From NCBI RefSeq assembly GCF_018350175.1, contig NC_058368.1:168952001-169016000 (forward strand): 64,000 nucleotides of DNA. Direction: 5' to 3'. How positions within the stretch are numbered: the first letter of the stretch is position 1; each line of letters starts with the position of its first letter. A program made the position numbers and the translations under genes. This stretch comes from Felis catus (Eukaryota). A model generated the notes under the pieces. That model made no database searches and was not told the origin of the DNA. It was given only the letters and a program-made list of their open reading frames with translations. Shown here in pieces: positions 61,391 to 64,000 of the stretch.

Positions 61391-64000
61391 GTTTAGAGTA
61401 AATACACCGGAGCTAGCCCTAGACAAACTTTTTAGAAGTTATACTTGCATTGCCACCCCTCCCCAATGCCACAGCACCCCTTTACATATTCATCCATGAC
61501 TTTTCCCACAAGCACCCACTCACTGTGTGCTTTGCCCAGGCCTGCTCTTTGCCAGTTCCCTGTGCTGATCCATTTTCCCTTTTCCCCTCTTCTCATACAC
61601 CTGCTCTATCATCCCATACAAAGCCCTTAAGACTTTGTATGTCTTTATACATATTTATGTGTTCAAATAATTTATACCAAAATGTGACTCAGAGGAACTA
61701 TGTGCCCCCTGGCCCACAGGTAACGAATTTGCATTTTAGCAGTGGCTTTAAGTAAATGAAGACACGCAGATACTGAGGATTCTGTGCCTGGCAGGGAGCA
61801 GCAGGGCGATTTTAGGAACAGGGTCCTTTGGCTCTCACCATGTATGCTCATAGGGCCTTCGACCAGCCCTGAGCAAAGAAGGCATAAATTATACTCTAAC
61901 CGTCCCTCCAGCCTGGTCTGTTACTGCATTCACAGAAGCAATGCTTTTGTTTCCAACCTCCCAGAAGTCTGTGACACTGAACAATTTTTCCAAGGAAGAG
62001 AAAACACAGTTTAATATATAGGACTAATTTTCAGTTTTGCAGCTGGGGCTTCCTTTGGGAGCCGTACTTGTAGAAATAAGTGCCTCAGTAATAATGGGTG
62101 GAGAACTCCCCAACTGATGGGTACAAAGTTTGATGGAGAAGGTTATGAAGAGAAGAGAGACCAGTGGAACACTAGGAGTGAAATCAAGGATATGCTTGAA
62201 AATGAGAAATGTAGGAAGATTTTTGTATTTATATTTACTTTATTCAAAGGAAAAATAAGGTAGATTCTGAAGTGGGAATGAGCAGCGGACTTGCAAAAGA
62301 GTCTGGCTGCTCATCTCTTTTTTGGCTAATCTCTGATCCCATCACTATCAGCTCAGTAGTGGCTTTAGTATTGGCCAGTAGAAACTGGTCTCCAAGGTGT
62401 CAACTCTGTTGCCAAAGACACTCCACCTTGCCCAACCGCAGTGTCCGGGCCCATTCTACAAGACGGTTTACAATTCTGTTTCTGTTATTGTGTGCAAAAT
62501 TTTCCAAAGAGAAATACGCATCCTACTCTCCTTGCATTAAAACACTCACATACATTGTTTTAAAGCAGTTGATGACTTAGGCTTTTTCAGAAAATAGGTT
62601 TTTCATATGCTTGTTATGCAAACGATTTCTGGGTTTTTTTGTGTTTTTTTGTTTGTTTTTAAGGGAGGGAGTTTGAAGAGTCACTTCTTAATGGTAAGGC
62701 TCTTCTGTTATTTCAAATTCAAAAGTTGTAGCCATTGGGCATGGATTAAGTGGTACATGATTTGATTACATCAAATATCTGCTTCATTTACTATTTCCCC
62801 CCACACTACCATTTTTGGCTTTATACTATGTTTTAGTCAGATATATAAGAAAACCCTAGGGCCTTAAAGAGGGCCTAAATGTTGCTAGTTATTTGTGGCT
62901 CAGTACTGGCCAGAACCAGTGGGCATAGTTTCTGTACAAAACAAAAACAAAACACAAATATTTCTCTAACTCCTTTCCTATGTGAAGGATAAATCCTCAC
63001 TTTGTGTAATCATAGCTGCGAGCAGTAAATGATGTCTAGGGTAACGCATCAAGACAAGGAGAACCCTGGCTCGGCCTCCTGGCTGTTCCTAGTTTACCAC
63101 AGTATTTGCTCTAGAAGACAACATCTCCACAGAGCAAGATGCCCACTGTTATTCTTCCACATAGCAAAGAAAATTTACTCCTCTTTATTTCCTGCTGGAG
63201 TTGGATTTCCTATAACTGCTCTCTGTTCTCATATTATCCTTAATTAGCCTATCTCATATTATGTATGACTTTGTAAGACACCTCTGGTACACAACCAGAA
63301 GTTTGACTCTGTATCTTCAAGGAAGATTACTCGGCAGACATAAGTAGAACATTTCCATAACCTTTTGGCAGTCAGCAGTTTTTGCTGTTCTGTTCCTCTG
63401 CATGTGGTGAGATATAGCTATCTCTGATACCTCCTGTGAACGACAACACCAGCCTATTATGAGATTTCTCATCTCTGAGTTCCTATAGAATTTGCAGTCT
63501 GTAACACACAGGCTCATATAAGCTTGTTCTCTAGCAGTTTCATGCATGAAGAGGCAGGGATAACCAGTGTGTTTCCCAGACTCTGACTCAGGGCAATAGC
63601 AAGCTTAATAAAGAAAAGTATGGAGAAGAAGGGAGAAAGGTATATGTCTGCCTTACCTTCCAAATTAGATCCTCAGTGTCTCAGTCCAGAGATCATATCT
63701 GCTTTTCCTATCTTCTTTAAGACTTATTAGAACATTAGGCAAGCATCGAGTGTGCAGTACGTGTTGATTGCCTGAAGGCCTAAGGTTTTAATTCACAGAT
63801 TATGCCAGAAAGGCAGTATTTCCAGTCACTTGAACTTCACGCAACCCCAAAAAGGTAGAGTTTTCTGTAAATGTTACTGAAATGTTATTTACATTGATTG
63901 AAGGTATCTCTAAATTGGTTTTAGATTGATCCCTCACAGAACTGTAATCCTCATTTCAGAGGACAAACCTCTAAGGCAGTGGTATACTGAAGATAGTTAT

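Overview
AT-rich, essentially non-coding mammalian DNA from a felid, probably domestic cat or a close relative. The lineage call rests on 18 feliform Can-SINE (SINEC_Fc-type) copies, carnivore-type L1 3' ends and a Tigger2a_Car-like element. No credible protein-coding ORF is present; the ORF track is explained by SINEs, an LTR and chance. The window also holds many old repeats (L2, MIR, L3/CR1, L1ME, four MLT1 MaLR LTRs, MER58A, MER33). A well-formed 45-nt + strand exon candidate (3654-3698) and an antisense bias of LTRs and younger L1s suggest the window lies in very long introns of a + strand gene, which I could not identify with certainty. The most distinctive object is an 844-bp solo LTR (2015-2858) with TG...CA ends and a perfect 6-bp TSD (ERV-K/betaretrovirus-like). 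It carries an array of about 26-bp units, most with a small dyad around a CTTT core. Also noted: nested, tandem and inverted SINE arrangements, a possibly transcription-competent young SINE, a candidate recursive splice site, CpG-retaining or motif-dense enhancer candidates and a TATA-containing promoter candidate near 61.3 kb. I see no strong evidence of a wholly new biological system. Repeat subfamily names are from recalled consensus similarity, not from a database search, and boundaries of old repeats are approximate.
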